The translations under genes were made by a program, and so were the position numbers. The notes below the pieces were generated by a model, which was not told the origin of the DNA, did no database searches, and worked only from the letters and a program-made list of their open reading frames with translations. From an uncultured Atopobiaceae bacterium (lineage in GTDB: Bacteria; Actinomycetota; Coriobacteriia; Coriobacteriales; Atopobiaceae), in contig CAJOKK010000002.1 of the NCBI GenBank assembly GCA_905235165.1, positions 13,100 to 46,795 on the forward strand: 33,696 nt of DNA, in the 5' to 3' direction. The number at the start of each line of letters is the position of its first letter. The stretch's first letter is position 1. Below are positions 1-8,767 of the stretch, in pieces.

Positions 1-165
1 CGCTCATTGCCTTTCATGGCTTTCTTCTCCCTTTCCGTCGTGGGTGGATGCGCAGTCCCGTGGGTGCGTTTGTGCATACGGTTATTACGGTATGCATGGG
101 CGCTGGCCTGCGACAAGAATTGATGGCATGAGCGAGCGAAGGGCTTGGGCGTACGGCGAGCATGC

Positions 166-226
166 AAAAGAGTGCGCCTCCGAGCCGGCTGTGCCGAACT
201 CGGAGGCGCACTCTTTGTTTTTTGGA
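166..226. terminator. Bidirectional intrinsic terminator about 50 nt past the dapL stop
   Basis: Perfect 16-bp stem agagtgcgcctccgag / ctcggaggcgcactct (about 169-184 and 199-214). It has aaaa on the left and ttgtttttt on the right, so there is a U-tract on either strand. Confidence 0.7.
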
Positions 227-265
227 GGCGTCGTTTTTGACGCTGGCGTCTGTTGGCGAGAAGAA

Positions 266-1480
266 CTACATCTGCGTGATGCGGCGAACGGCCTCGGCGG
301 TGTCCTCAGCGTTGCCGAAGGCGGTCAGGCGCACGTAGCCCTCGCCGCTCGGGCCGAAGCCGGCACCCGGCGTCGTGATGACGTTCGCACGGTCGAGCAG
401 CTGGTCGAAGAAGTCCCAGGAGCCCATGTCGTCGGGCGTCTTGACCCAGGCATAGGGACTGCTCACGGCACCGTAAACCTGGTAGCCCGCCTCGCTCAGG
501 CCCGTGCGGATCGTTTCGGCGTTCGCGCGGTAGTAGGCGAGGGACTGCTCGATCTCGCGCTCGCCCTGCGGGGTGTAGATCGCTGCGGCGCCGCGCTGGA
601 TCACGTAGGAGGCGCCATTGAACTTGGTGCACTGGCGGCGGTTCCAGAGGTCGCGCAGGCTCACGCCGTCACGCACGAGCTCCTTGGGCACGACGGTGTA
701 GCCGCAGCGCGCGCCCGTGAAGCCGGCAGTCTTGGAGAAGGAGCGGAACTCGATGGCGCAGCGCTTGGCACCCTCGACCTCGTAGATGGAGTGCGGCACG
801 TCCTTCTCAACGATGAAGCGCTCGTAGGCCGCATCGAACATGATGAGCGCGTCGTGCTCGTTGGCGTAGTCGACCCAGCGCTTGAGTTGCTCGAAGCTCA
901 GCACCGTGCCGGTGGGGTTGTTGGGGGAGCAGAGATAGATCACGTCGACGGGCGTCTCGGGAAGCTCGGGACAGAAGCCGTTCTCTGCCGTCGTGGGCAT
1001 GTAGTGGATGCGCGTCCAGCGGCCGGCCTCGACGTCGTAGTCGCCCGCGCGCCCGGCCATTGCGTTGGAGTCTACATAGACCGGATAGACCGGGTCGCAG
1101 ACGGCGATGACGTTATCAATGTCGAGAAGGTCGACGATGTTGCCGCAGTCGCTCTTGGCGCCGTCGGAGACAAAGACCTCGTCGCTCGCGATGTCGATGC
1201 CACGCGCGGCGAAGTCGTGCTCCACGATGGCGTCGCGCAGGAAGGCATAGCCCTGCTCGGGGCCGTAGCCGTGGAAGCTCTCGGCGCGCGAAAGGTCGTC
1301 GACGGCTTCGTGCATGGCCTCGATGACGCTCGGGACAAGCGGAAGCGTGACGTCGCCGATGCCCATCTTGATGAGGCGGGCCTCGGGATGGGCCGTGCGG
1401 TAGGCCTCGGTGCGCTGGGCAATCTCGGAGAAGAGGTAGCTACCGGGTAGCTTCTTGAAGTTGGGATTGATGTGCGCCAT
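266..1480 (-). CDS. dapL: LL-diaminopimelate aminotransferase (DapL-type PLP aminotransferase)
   Basis: ORF 266..1654 trimmed to the ATG at 1478-1480 (MAHINPNFKKLPGSYLFSEIA...), preceded by a gagaggag SD. Has the SFSKTAGFTGxRxG PLP-lysine region and GIGD/NPTG motifs typical of DapL. Divergent from dapF. Confidence 0.85.
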   Translation of the reverse strand: MAHINPNFKKLPGSYLFSEIAQRTEAYRTAHPEARLIKMGIGDVTLPLVPSVIEAMHEAVDDLSRAESFHGYGPEQGYAFLRDAIVEHDFAARGIDIASDEVFVSDGAKSDCGNIVDLLDIDNVIAVCDPVYPVYVDSNAMAGRAGDYDVEAGRWTRIHYMPTTAENGFCPELPETPVDVIYLCSPNNPTGTVLSFEQLKRWVDYANEHDALIMFDAAYERFIVEKDVPHSIYEVEGAKRCAIEFRSFSKTAGFTGARCGYTVVPKELVRDGVSLRDLWNRRQCTKFNGASYVIQRGAAAIYTPQGEREIEQSLAYYRANAETIRTGLSEAGYQVYGAVSSPYAWVKTPDDMGSWDFFDQLLDRANVITTPGAGFGPSGEGYVRLTAFGNAEDTAEAVRRITQM

Positions 1481-1652
1481 GGCGCTGCTCCTCTCGATGC
1501 TGCCGCTCGCGGCGTGCGCGGCGGCGTGGATGACAAGAACCGGTTGACGCCCCGAACGCAGATAGCGGGCAGAGGCATCGTCCGAAACACGTACGACATG
1601 CGTTGACGATAGCATCCCTGTAAAGAGCAGTCCTTGGCCACGGGAGGCGCAC

Positions 1653-2522
1653 ATGCGTTACGAATTTGCAAAGCTGCACGGCGCGGGTAACGATTTCGTG
1701 ATGATCGAAGACCTGGATGACGCCATCACCTTGACGCCCGAACAGGTGGCGTCCGTATGCGAACGCCACTTTGGCGTGGGCGCCGATGGCGTGATCGTGG
1801 TCAAGCCCTCGCCGCGCGAGGAGTGCGCGGCCTACATGGACTACTACAACTCAGACGGAACCAAGGCCGAGATGTGTGGCAACGGCGTGCGTTGCTTTGC
1901 CAAGTTCCTGGTTGACCGAGCCATCGTCGATCCGGCTGCGGGAAGCTTCGTCGCCGATACCCTCGCAGGCCCCAAGCCCATTCGCTTCACACTTGACGCC
2001 GACGGCAAGATGAAGACCGCCACGGTCGACATGGGTGCGCCGGTCCTCGATGCCGCGTCGGTCCCGACTACGCTTCCCCAGGCCGAGACGGCCTTTGGCA
2101 AGGCTGTCATCGAGCAGAGCGCGACCGCGGGTGACGTGACCCTCGCCTTTACCTGCGTCTCGATGGGCAACCCCCACGCCGTCGCCTTCGTGGACGACCC
2201 GCTGGCCTATCCCGTCACGACGGTCGGCCCGCTCTTTGAGTGCGCTCCGGAGTTTCCCGAGAAGGCCAACATCGAATTCGTCCACGTAGAGGGCGATACG
2301 ATCGTGATGCGCGTTTGGGAGCGCGGCTGCGGAGAGACCCTTGCTTGCGGTACTGGTAGCTGCGCCACTGCCGTTGCGGCCCACCTGAGCGGCCGCGCTG
2401 GACGTAAGGTCAAGGTGAAGCTCCTCGGGGGAACGCTCGACATCGAGTGGAACGAGACCGACGGTCATGTCTACCTGACCGGCCCCGCTGAGCAATCCTT
2501 TACCGGTACCATCGAAATCTAG
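1653..2522 (+). CDS. dapF: Diaminopimelate epimerase
   Basis: 289 aa starting MRYEFAKLHGAGNDF. Both catalytic Cys motifs are present (MCGNG and ACGTGS). A gggagg SD sits 5 nt upstream. Confidence 0.95.
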   Translation: MRYEFAKLHGAGNDFVMIEDLDDAITLTPEQVASVCERHFGVGADGVIVVKPSPREECAAYMDYYNSDGTKAEMCGNGVRCFAKFLVDRAIVDPAAGSFVADTLAGPKPIRFTLDADGKMKTATVDMGAPVLDAASVPTTLPQAETAFGKAVIEQSATAGDVTLAFTCVSMGNPHAVAFVDDPLAYPVTTVGPLFECAPEFPEKANIEFVHVEGDTIVMRVWERGCGETLACGTGSCATAVAAHLSGRAGRKVKVKLLGGTLDIEWNETDGHVYLTGPAEQSFTGTIEI

Positions 2523-2536
2523 CTTACACAGACAAC

Positions 2537-2781
2537 GGGTGAGTCGGTCGCCGCAGCTTCCGGAGGAAGCCAGGCCGGGACGGCGGGCGGACCCGTGCGA
2601 ACGTTCTGCGACAGTGAGAAGCGCAGGCGCGGCGGGAGCGAGGACTTGTTCGAGCGAGCGAAGCGAGCGAGTCCCGCAGCTGCCGCGCCGTAGCGACGAA
2701 CGCCCTTGTCGCAGAGTTCGCACGGGTCCGCCCGCCGTCCCGGCCTGGCTTCCTCCGCAAGCTGCGGCGACCGACTCACCC
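2537..2781. repeat. Long palindromic intergenic element, copy 1 (66-nt arms, 113-nt partly paired centre)
   Basis: 2537-2602 is the reverse complement of 2716-2781 with 1 mismatch in 66. The inner part pairs further (tctgcgaca/tgtcgcaga). The core 2559-2739 recurs at 10133-10323. Confidence 0.9.
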
Positions 2782-2834
2782 GCTGCTCATGCGCAGGTCC
2801 TCCCAAATGAATGTCGAGCTCGTTCAGTCACCTC

Positions 2835-4328
2835 TTACGAGATGAGCGTACCGTCCTTGTATGCCTCCATGAATCTCGCGTAGTCTGCCTCGTTCTGATC
2901 GGCGTAGGCACGGGCGAACTTCGCGATTGCCTTGTCGAAGGAATTGTCCGTACCGAGGTAGCTGCTGATCGCGAAGCGATCTCCCGTCCGAGCGTGCGCA
3001 TGGGCGAGTGTCCATCCGCAGACCTGAGCCAGCTGGCTCAAGCCGGAGGGGTTCAGCAGGCTCAGGTCAATAGAGCCCTTGCCATCCCAAAGCTGACGCA
3101 CGTAGTAGTCCTTGGACGTGCCCTTCGTGACGTCTCGGACACGGCACCATCCAAGAAGCGAGTCGCTTGCGGTCTGCATGGCGTGCTGCCCCTCAACCAC
3201 ACGTTGGGCGTGGTTGAGATGGATGTCAGGACCCAAGAAGCGTTCAAGCACCGACTCCTGCGCCTCCTTGACCTGAAGAACGAGGGCGTCCTTCTCGCTG
3301 GCTCCCCTCAGCACAATGATCCAGGCTCGGGTGCCCACGCTGCCCACGCCCACTACCTTGTGCGCCATGTCAACGGGCATGTAGCTCGAGACCAGACGGC
3401 GTTTTTCGGGTGTGAGCGACAGGCGGTATTTGGTCAAAATGGCCCCCATCAGCTGCTCGCAAGCCTCATCGCCAAGGAGCGAGACGAGATGGCCGCCCTC
3501 GTTGGAGCTAGCGAGCTCTTGGGCGATGTCGCGCATGGGAACAATAAGCGGGGGATTGCTCACAATGCGTAGCTTGCCATCTACGATCTCGGTAAGCTTG
3601 CGCACGGCTCGTGCGTTGTTCTTACCCTTGGACTTCTTCGTGATCTTCTTGGCTGCCTTGGCGGTCGCGGCGTCACTGTTTGCCATGATCGTGTCGTTCA
3701 GGGCGTCAACATCGAGGTGGGCGTACCACATATCGAGGTTGTTCATGGAGGCAAAGGTGGCCATGGCCTCGCGATATCCGCTCACGCAAGAACGTACGGC
3801 CTTCTTGCGCTCGCTCTTTGAGAAGCCATTGTCGCGTCCGCAGATCTCAACGCTGGCGGCCAGGCGCTTCACGTCCCATTCCCACGGGCCAAGCACGGTC
3901 TCATCGAAGTCGTTTATGTCGAAGACCGTCCGCCGCTCGGGGGAGAGGAAGAGGCCGAAGTTGGAGATGTGCGCGTCTCCGCAGATTTGGGTTTTGATTT
4001 TGGTGACGGGAGTGGTGGACAGGTCGCTTGCCATGATAAGCGCGGCACCGCGATAGAAGGTGAAGGGCGAGGCGCTCATGCGCTCATAGCGCAGGGGCAG
4101 CAGCTGCTGGACGCGTGTCGTGCCTTGGCTACGGAGAAGTTCGACCGGGTCAGGACGATCTTCGGGGACCTTCCAGATGGCGTGCTTCTCGAGAGGGACC
4201 GTTTCGCGAAGTGAGGCCCCGTACTCCGTGCTCTTCTCGACGTCAATTGCGTCGGAGGTTCCCAGAACCGACTTCAGACGCTGTCGGAGGGATTGTGCTA
4301 TCGCTTCGTACGTGTTCTCGGTGCTCAT
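2835..4328 (-). CDS. DUF2252 family protein (kinase-like fold, function unknown)
   Basis: ORF 2835..4667 trimmed to the ATG at 4326-4328 (MSTENTYEAI...) with a ggagg SD. Conserved DUF2252 stretches include RYERMSASPFTFYRGAA, CGDAHISNFG and FDINDFDET. The 113 codons upstream are Arg/His/Pro-rich and non-protein-like. Confidence 0.8.
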   Translation of the reverse strand: MSTENTYEAIAQSLRQRLKSVLGTSDAIDVEKSTEYGASLRETVPLEKHAIWKVPEDRPDPVELLRSQGTTRVQQLLPLRYERMSASPFTFYRGAALIMASDLSTTPVTKIKTQICGDAHISNFGLFLSPERRTVFDINDFDETVLGPWEWDVKRLAASVEICGRDNGFSKSERKKAVRSCVSGYREAMATFASMNNLDMWYAHLDVDALNDTIMANSDAATAKAAKKITKKSKGKNNARAVRKLTEIVDGKLRIVSNPPLIVPMRDIAQELASSNEGGHLVSLLGDEACEQLMGAILTKYRLSLTPEKRRLVSSYMPVDMAHKVVGVGSVGTRAWIIVLRGASEKDALVLQVKEAQESVLERFLGPDIHLNHAQRVVEGQHAMQTASDSLLGWCRVRDVTKGTSKDYYVRQLWDGKGSIDLSLLNPSGLSQLAQVCGWTLAHAHARTGDRFAISSYLGTDNSFDKAIAKFARAYADQNEADYARFMEAYKDGTLIS

Positions 4329-4371
4329 CGAGGGGCCTCCTTGCCATACAACGTAGGTGCCGGTTGGCAAG

Positions 4372-4377
4372 ATTATA
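4372..4377 (-). promoter_or_regulatory. Candidate -10 box (TATAAT) for the DUF2252 gene
   Basis: The minus strand reads gggagccTATAATcttgcc, about 44 nt upstream of the ATG. It is immediately preceded by the 7-bp inverted repeat ggctccc...gggagcc. The -35 is weak. Confidence 0.4.
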
Positions 4378-4455
4378 GGCTCCCGAAGGTGGCAGCTTTC
4401 GAAGGGAGCCGCATGTCTGCCGTCGCCGAGCGATACGGCGATAAGTTCATGGGCA

Positions 4456-4489
4456 TGAAAAAAGGCCACCCCGCATGCGAGGTGGCCTC
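4456..4489 (-). terminator. Intrinsic terminator of the HdeD-like gene
   Basis: The minus strand reads aggccacc-tcgcatgcg-gggtggcct followed by tttttc. It lies 16 nt after the stop at 4505. Confidence 0.75.
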
Positions 4490-4504
4490 GGAAAGCAAAA
4501 GGCT

Positions 4505-5071
4505 CTACTGTCTGTCGTCCGGAATCTGGAGGCAGGTAGCGGTCGAGACGATGTCGGCACCCATGAAGATGATGCTGAGGCCGATGAAGAAGCCGACGCT
4601 CGTGACAACGATGTCGGGGTTGGCAACGCACAGGCAGCCGATGAGGGTGGTTAGGATGCCGAGGCACAGGGGAACGTACCAGTGGATGTTGACGATCTGG
4701 CCGATAAGCCCGTTTGAGTACTTGTGGAGCTTGAAGGCGCGAGCGATGAGGATGATGCCCTCGGCGATGAGCCAGCAGGCGAGGAAGTAGGCGATGAAGA
4801 TGTCAATGCCAATCTGCAGGGAAGGATAGACAAGAACGAGGATGCCGAAGACCAGCGACAGGATGGAGGCTACGAGTAAGAGCGCGTTCGAAGCTTCGGT
4901 ATTGCGTATTTGCCACCAGAGGCTGAAGTAGCCAATGGCGTTGAAAATCGCCGTAAGCCCGATGCACCATCCGAGTGTCAAAAAGGTTGCGGTGGGTGTG
5001 AACATGCAGTACAGACCGCCCACAATCATGAATACGCCAAAGATGATGGCAAGAACCTTCTGAACTGTCAT
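4505..5071 (-). CDS. DUF308/HdeD-like integral membrane protein
   Basis: ORF trimmed to the ATG at 5069-5071 (MTVQKVLAIIFGVFMIVGGLY...), preceded by an aaggaaagggg SD. 188 aa with about 6 hydrophobic helices showing the repeated small-residue pattern of DUF308. The family assignment is from memory of the pattern only. Confidence 0.55.
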   Translation of the reverse strand: MTVQKVLAIIFGVFMIVGGLYCMFTPTATFLTLGWCIGLTAIFNAIGYFSLWWQIRNTEASNALLLVASILSLVFGILVLVYPSLQIGIDIFIAYFLACWLIAEGIILIARAFKLHKYSNGLIGQIVNIHWYVPLCLGILTTLIGCLCVANPDIVVTSVGFFIGLSIIFMGADIVSTATCLQIPDDRQ

Positions 5072-5243
5072 AGGGGTGCCCCTTTCCTTTCGTGCTAAGC
5101 CGGATGCCATCGCACGACCGACACAGTATATCCATAAAAGTAAAGAGCTACGTGTGCGTTTTTCCGAAAGAGCCGTGTACGTTAGCAAAACGTGGGCTAG
5201 CGCAGATTCTTCCCTGCTGTGCAGCCCCCGTTTTCTGTCGCGT

Positions 5244-5249
5244 TATAAT
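5244..5249 (+). promoter_or_regulatory. -10 box TATAAT placed 7 nt before the yihY-like ATG (leaderless candidate)
   Basis: Sequence is cgTTATAATttcggacATG. There is no SD between the box and the ATG at 5257. Confidence 0.45.
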
Positions 5250-5256
5250 TTCGGAC

Positions 5257-6150
5257 ATGGTGGAGCATATGAAAATTCAAGGGGTACTACAGGAAAGCGA
5301 GCAGTTTACGACTCTGCTCAGGCGGGTCACGCGTGTCGTGCGGGAATTCAGTGATGCTCGCTTTGAGACGCACGCTTCGAGCATCGCCTTCTTCATCTTC
5401 ATGTCGATGATTCCCGTGCTGGTTATTCTTGCCTGTGCTGTTTCTGTTTTGGGTTACACCGAGCAAGAGCTTATTGCGATGATCGGCAGCGCCGTGCCCG
5501 AAACGGTGAGGCCCATGATTGAGACCATGGTGAGTGAGTCTTACGAGGAGGCCAATCTCGCGATTGGGGTGTCAACGCTTTCTTTGTTCTGGTCTGCTAC
5601 AAAGGGGAGCTCAGCCATTACGCGCGGCCTTAATGCCGTCTATGCTCAGGAGGAGCGCCGCAGTGCCATTCAGGTCTTCTTGCTTTCTCTGGTTTCGGTG
5701 TTTGCCCTGATTATCGTAGTCGTTGCGGCAACGTATCTCATTTTTAGCAGCAGGCTCGTGAGGTTGCTCTCAAACGTCTTGCCATCTATTCCCCTTCCGG
5801 GCTTTACGCTCGACTTCTTGTCGTCGTTGTTCTTCTTTGCCATGGGCACGCTCGTTTTTTCCCTGTGCTACACCTTTCTCCCTTCGGGTAAACGTCGCTT
5901 TGTCGATCAACTCCCAGGGGCTATGCTCGCCGCCCTTGCCTGGGCCCTGCTGTCGTACGGCTTTCATTTCTTCGTAGACAGCAACACCAGCATCTACGCG
6001 CTCTTCTATGGAAGCTTTGCCACGGTGACGATCTTTTTGTTCTGGATGTACTGCATCTTCCAGATTCTGCTCTTTGGAGGCTTCTTCAATCGCTGCCGCT
6101 TGGAATGGCGTGAACGTGAGCGTCCCCAGGCCCATGACGGCTCTGACTGA
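5257..6150 (+). CDS. YihY/BrkB family membrane protein
   Basis: MVEHMKIQGV...FETHASSIAFFIFMSMIPVL, with multiple TM helices and the typical YihY N-terminal ASxxAFyxxxSxxP pattern. The start is ATG 5257; the alternative is ATG 5269. Confidence 0.8.
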   Translation: MVEHMKIQGVLQESEQFTTLLRRVTRVVREFSDARFETHASSIAFFIFMSMIPVLVILACAVSVLGYTEQELIAMIGSAVPETVRPMIETMVSESYEEANLAIGVSTLSLFWSATKGSSAITRGLNAVYAQEERRSAIQVFLLSLVSVFALIIVVVAATYLIFSSRLVRLLSNVLPSIPLPGFTLDFLSSLFFFAMGTLVFSLCYTFLPSGKRRFVDQLPGAMLAALAWALLSYGFHFFVDSNTSIYALFYGSFATVTIFLFWMYCIFQILLFGGFFNRCRLEWRERERPQAHDGSD

Positions 6151-6209
6151 GGCGTGCGCTCGCGTTAGTGAAAGCGACCGCCTCGCAATCAAAACGTCGG
6201 TTCTTACGT

Positions 6210-6215
6210 TATAAT
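6210..6215 (+). promoter_or_regulatory. Candidate -10 box (TATAAT) for the marR-nitroreductase operon
   Basis: Sequence is acgTTATAATggcc, 28 nt upstream of the ATG at 6243. An SD (gaaggggagg) follows it. Confidence 0.4.
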
Positions 6216-6242
6216 GGCCTCACGAGTGAAGGGGAGGCCGAT

Positions 6243-6659
6243 ATGAGCACAGACAAGGTAGCCATTCTGATCAAGAAGGCCGCGCTCGCCGCAGAGCGCG
6301 TGCAGAGCCCTTTGCTCCAGGACAAAGACCTGACGGTCAGCCAGTACAAGATCATGAAGTACCTCTATGCCGCCCCCGCCGACTCGGTGCGTCTGGTTGA
6401 TCTTGAGTCCTACTATTCGATGACGCATCCGGCGGTCATTGACGTTATCAAGGTTCTCGAGAAGAAGGGCTACTGCGAGCGCGTCGTCAATCCCGAGGAC
6501 GCTCGGAGCAAGATTGTCACGCTTACCGAGAAGGCGCACGCCGAGCGCGAGAGCCTGATGGCTCTGGGTGACGAGATGGAGGCTGCCGTCACGGCAAACC
6601 TGAGCGACGCCGAGTGCGAGCAGCTGGCCACACTTCTGAGCAAGCTCATTGGCGAGTAG
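6243..6659 (+). CDS. MarR family transcriptional regulator
   Basis: 138 aa from the ATG at 6243 with an SD. Winged-helix core is LTVSQYKIMKYLY...LVDLESYYSMTHPAVIDVIKVLEKKGYCERV..DARSKIVTLTEKA. Confidence 0.85.
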   Translation: MSTDKVAILIKKAALAAERVQSPLLQDKDLTVSQYKIMKYLYAAPADSVRLVDLESYYSMTHPAVIDVIKVLEKKGYCERVVNPEDARSKIVTLTEKAHAERESLMALGDEMEAAVTANLSDAECEQLATLLSKLIGE

Positions 6660-6710
6660 TCTGTCTGCGGCCTGACAATCGAAGGGGCCTGGCACGAGAG
6701 GGGAGAGACA

Positions 6711-7523
6711 ATGGCGAGCGCGAACTTTTCTGTGAATGAGGCAACGTGCGTTGGCTGCGGACTCTGCCTCGAGGCATGTCCGGGCAACATGGTTGGCGGC
6801 GATGTGCTGCGACTCGTGGATGGCCGTCCCGTCATGGTCGACCAGAACAAGTATGGCTGGCAGGGTTGTTGGCGCTGCCAGCATTGCCTTGCCGCCTGTC
6901 CGACGGGATCCATCTCGATCTTCGGACTCTCGGCAGGACAGCTGAGTCCGAAGCCCGACGCCTCGATCGCCGAAGACCTCCCCAAGCTCGTGCGATTCCG
7001 CAGGTCCTGTCGAGCCTTCAAGAAAGACGACGTGGACGAGGCGCTGATTGACGAGCTGCTTGATGACGTGAGTGCCGTTCCCACGGGTGGCAACAACCAG
7101 CGGCTTGAGTTCAGTGTCGTCACCTCGAGAGAGGCGATGCGCCGCGTGTACGACGCCGTGTTTTCAGACCCCGCTCAGCCGGGCCTCTTCGAGACGGAAG
7201 CCGACGACCTCAGCGCCCTCAGGATCTATGACGCACCGCACCTCTTTATCGCCCACAAAGAGCTTGGTGGCAGAAACCAGAATGGCGACGCGGTCGAGGT
7301 CAACCTTGCCACGGCCTATTTTGAGCTGCTCGCCAACGCGCGCGGTTTGGGAACGGTCATCTCCACCTATTCGGCCGAGCTGCTGTCTCAGCATCCCGAG
7401 GCCTTGGAGCTGCTGGGCATTCCCGAGAACCACAGCTTCATGACGGTGGTTGGCTTTGGCTATCCGCGCATACGCTATGTACGCGGCATCGCCAAGAAGC
7501 GCCCGGTGCACAAGCTCTCCTAG
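6711..7523 (+). CDS. 4Fe-4S dicluster domain fused to a nitroreductase-family domain
   Basis: Two ferredoxin motifs, CVGCGLCLEACP and CWRCQHCLAACP, are followed by a nitroreductase-like region (FRRSCRAFKKDDV...GGNNQ). An aggggagaga SD is present. The gene is 51 nt after marR, so it is likely co-transcribed. Confidence 0.8.
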   Translation: MASANFSVNEATCVGCGLCLEACPGNMVGGDVLRLVDGRPVMVDQNKYGWQGCWRCQHCLAACPTGSISIFGLSAGQLSPKPDASIAEDLPKLVRFRRSCRAFKKDDVDEALIDELLDDVSAVPTGGNNQRLEFSVVTSREAMRRVYDAVFSDPAQPGLFETEADDLSALRIYDAPHLFIAHKELGGRNQNGDAVEVNLATAYFELLANARGLGTVISTYSAELLSQHPEALELLGIPENHSFMTVVGFGYPRIRYVRGIAKKRPVHKLS

Positions 7524-7562
7524 CTGCCTGTGAGCTCGCTCTCGTGCCTGCGGGCGCCCTCG

Positions 7563-8627
7563 TTAGAGCACGCAGAGCGTGTAATCCATGGACCCAAGGC
7601 CGATCTGCGAGCCGTACTCGAGCGTGTGCCAGCCGTTCAGGCTCTCGATGCGCTCCACGAGATCGGCGCCGTCGCTCGCGAGGTAGACGAGGTCAGCGCA
7701 GGCGCAATCCAGGGCTACTGGGTCGAGCGATGAGAGGATGCCGATGTCGGCCATGGTGGGCTCGCGCGGGTTGGGGTCGCAGTCGCAATCGACTGAGAGG
7801 CGATTCATCACGTTCACGTAGGCGATGTTGTCCTTGCCCACGTGGTCGACAACAGACTTCGCCGCCTCGGCCATAGACTCGAGGAAGTCGTCCTGCTCGG
7901 CACCACCATGCGAGAGCCACTCGGAATCCCAGGCGCCGGCGGTGTGGATACGGCTCTTGCCCGCTTTGGAGGCATAGCCGATCGACATGTTTTTGATGGC
8001 GCCGCCAAAGCCGCCGTTCACATGGCCCTTGAAGTGCGAGAGGACCAGGTGGCCGACGTAGTCATCGAGCTTTGCTCCCACGAGGTTGCCCGTCAGGTGA
8101 CGGCCGCCTTCAACGGGAAGCTCGATGTCGCTCTCCGCGTCGAGGATGACGGTCTTGGCGATCTTGGGAAAGCCGCGCTCCTCGATGACCTTCAGGTGCG
8201 TTTCGGTGATGCCGCGCGACCCCTCGAAGGCGGTGTTGCACTCAACGATGTCGCCATCCACCAGGTGAACGAGGTCGGCGATGAACTCGGGGCGAAGGTA
8301 GTTGGAGTGCGAGCCTTGGCCGGTGCTGATCTTCACGCCGACTTTGCCGGGCAGTTCAATACCGAGGGCTTGGTAGGCCGCAACGAGGCCGGTGGGGGAG
8401 ATGTCAGGCGTGAAGTAGACCGAGGGGCCTCCCGTGGCATGGGCGCCTTGCGTGACGCCGCTCGCTTCGGCCGGCTCTGGGACGCTGTCTGCCGGGGCGT
8501 CGGGAGAGGCAGGGATTACCGCGTCCTTGTCGACATCTGCCGCGCAACCGAGGACGGGAGCCAACAAGGCAAGGCCTGCCGCAGCGGTGCCGAGGTTGAT
8601 CACTTCGCGTCGAGTCAGCTCTTTCAT
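7563..8627 (-). CDS. Twin-arginine signal lipoprotein, DUF362-like (tentative family)
   Basis: Start is MKELTRREVINLGTAAAGLALLAPVLGCAAD, which gives an RR motif, a hydrophobic core and an LGC lipobox. There are C-terminal Cys clusters (VDCDCDPNP, LDCACADL). The start at 8627 is preferred; the alternative is 8639. Confidence 0.5.
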   Translation of the reverse strand: MKELTRREVINLGTAAAGLALLAPVLGCAADVDKDAVIPASPDAPADSVPEPAEASGVTQGAHATGGPSVYFTPDISPTGLVAAYQALGIELPGKVGVKISTGQGSHSNYLRPEFIADLVHLVDGDIVECNTAFEGSRGITETHLKVIEERGFPKIAKTVILDAESDIELPVEGGRHLTGNLVGAKLDDYVGHLVLSHFKGHVNGGFGGAIKNMSIGYASKAGKSRIHTAGAWDSEWLSHGGAEQDDFLESMAEAAKSVVDHVGKDNIAYVNVMNRLSVDCDCDPNPREPTMADIGILSSLDPVALDCACADLVYLASDGADLVERIESLNGWHTLEYGSQIGLGSMDYTLCVL

Positions 8628-8767
8628 GGTGGCCCTCATCTCTGCTGTCGAAGCTAACGGCATGTGGAGAAGTCTAGGAAACGAGTCTAGCATGCAGCGA
8701 GCATTTATGCAGGTAATCGGTAGTGATAACGACCGCTTGCCTAAAAGTGGCCGCCGTCAAAGACAAA

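Noticed and set aside
1-17. A possible 5' end of a minus-strand gene at the window edge. The reverse complement reads gggagaagaaagccATGaaaggcaatgagcg.
   Set aside because: Only 17 nt lie inside the window, so neither frame nor product can be assessed. A direct/inverted repeat, tgcatacggttattacggtatgca (about 73-100), could be its operator, but that is speculation.
1481-1652. A lysine riboswitch in the divergent dapL/dapF control region.
   Set aside because: The gggaggcgc string is simply the dapF SD. I could not find the conserved L-box helices or motifs on either strand. The region is left as an ordinary divergent promoter region.
2539-2883. ORFs running through both copies of the palindromic repeat that give similar peptides (for example RTRANSATRAFVATARQLRDSLASLA...).
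   Set aside because: The similarity is a by-product of DNA repeat identity. The frames are Arg/Pro/Ser/Ala-rich, lack SDs, and exist on both strands because the element is palindromic.
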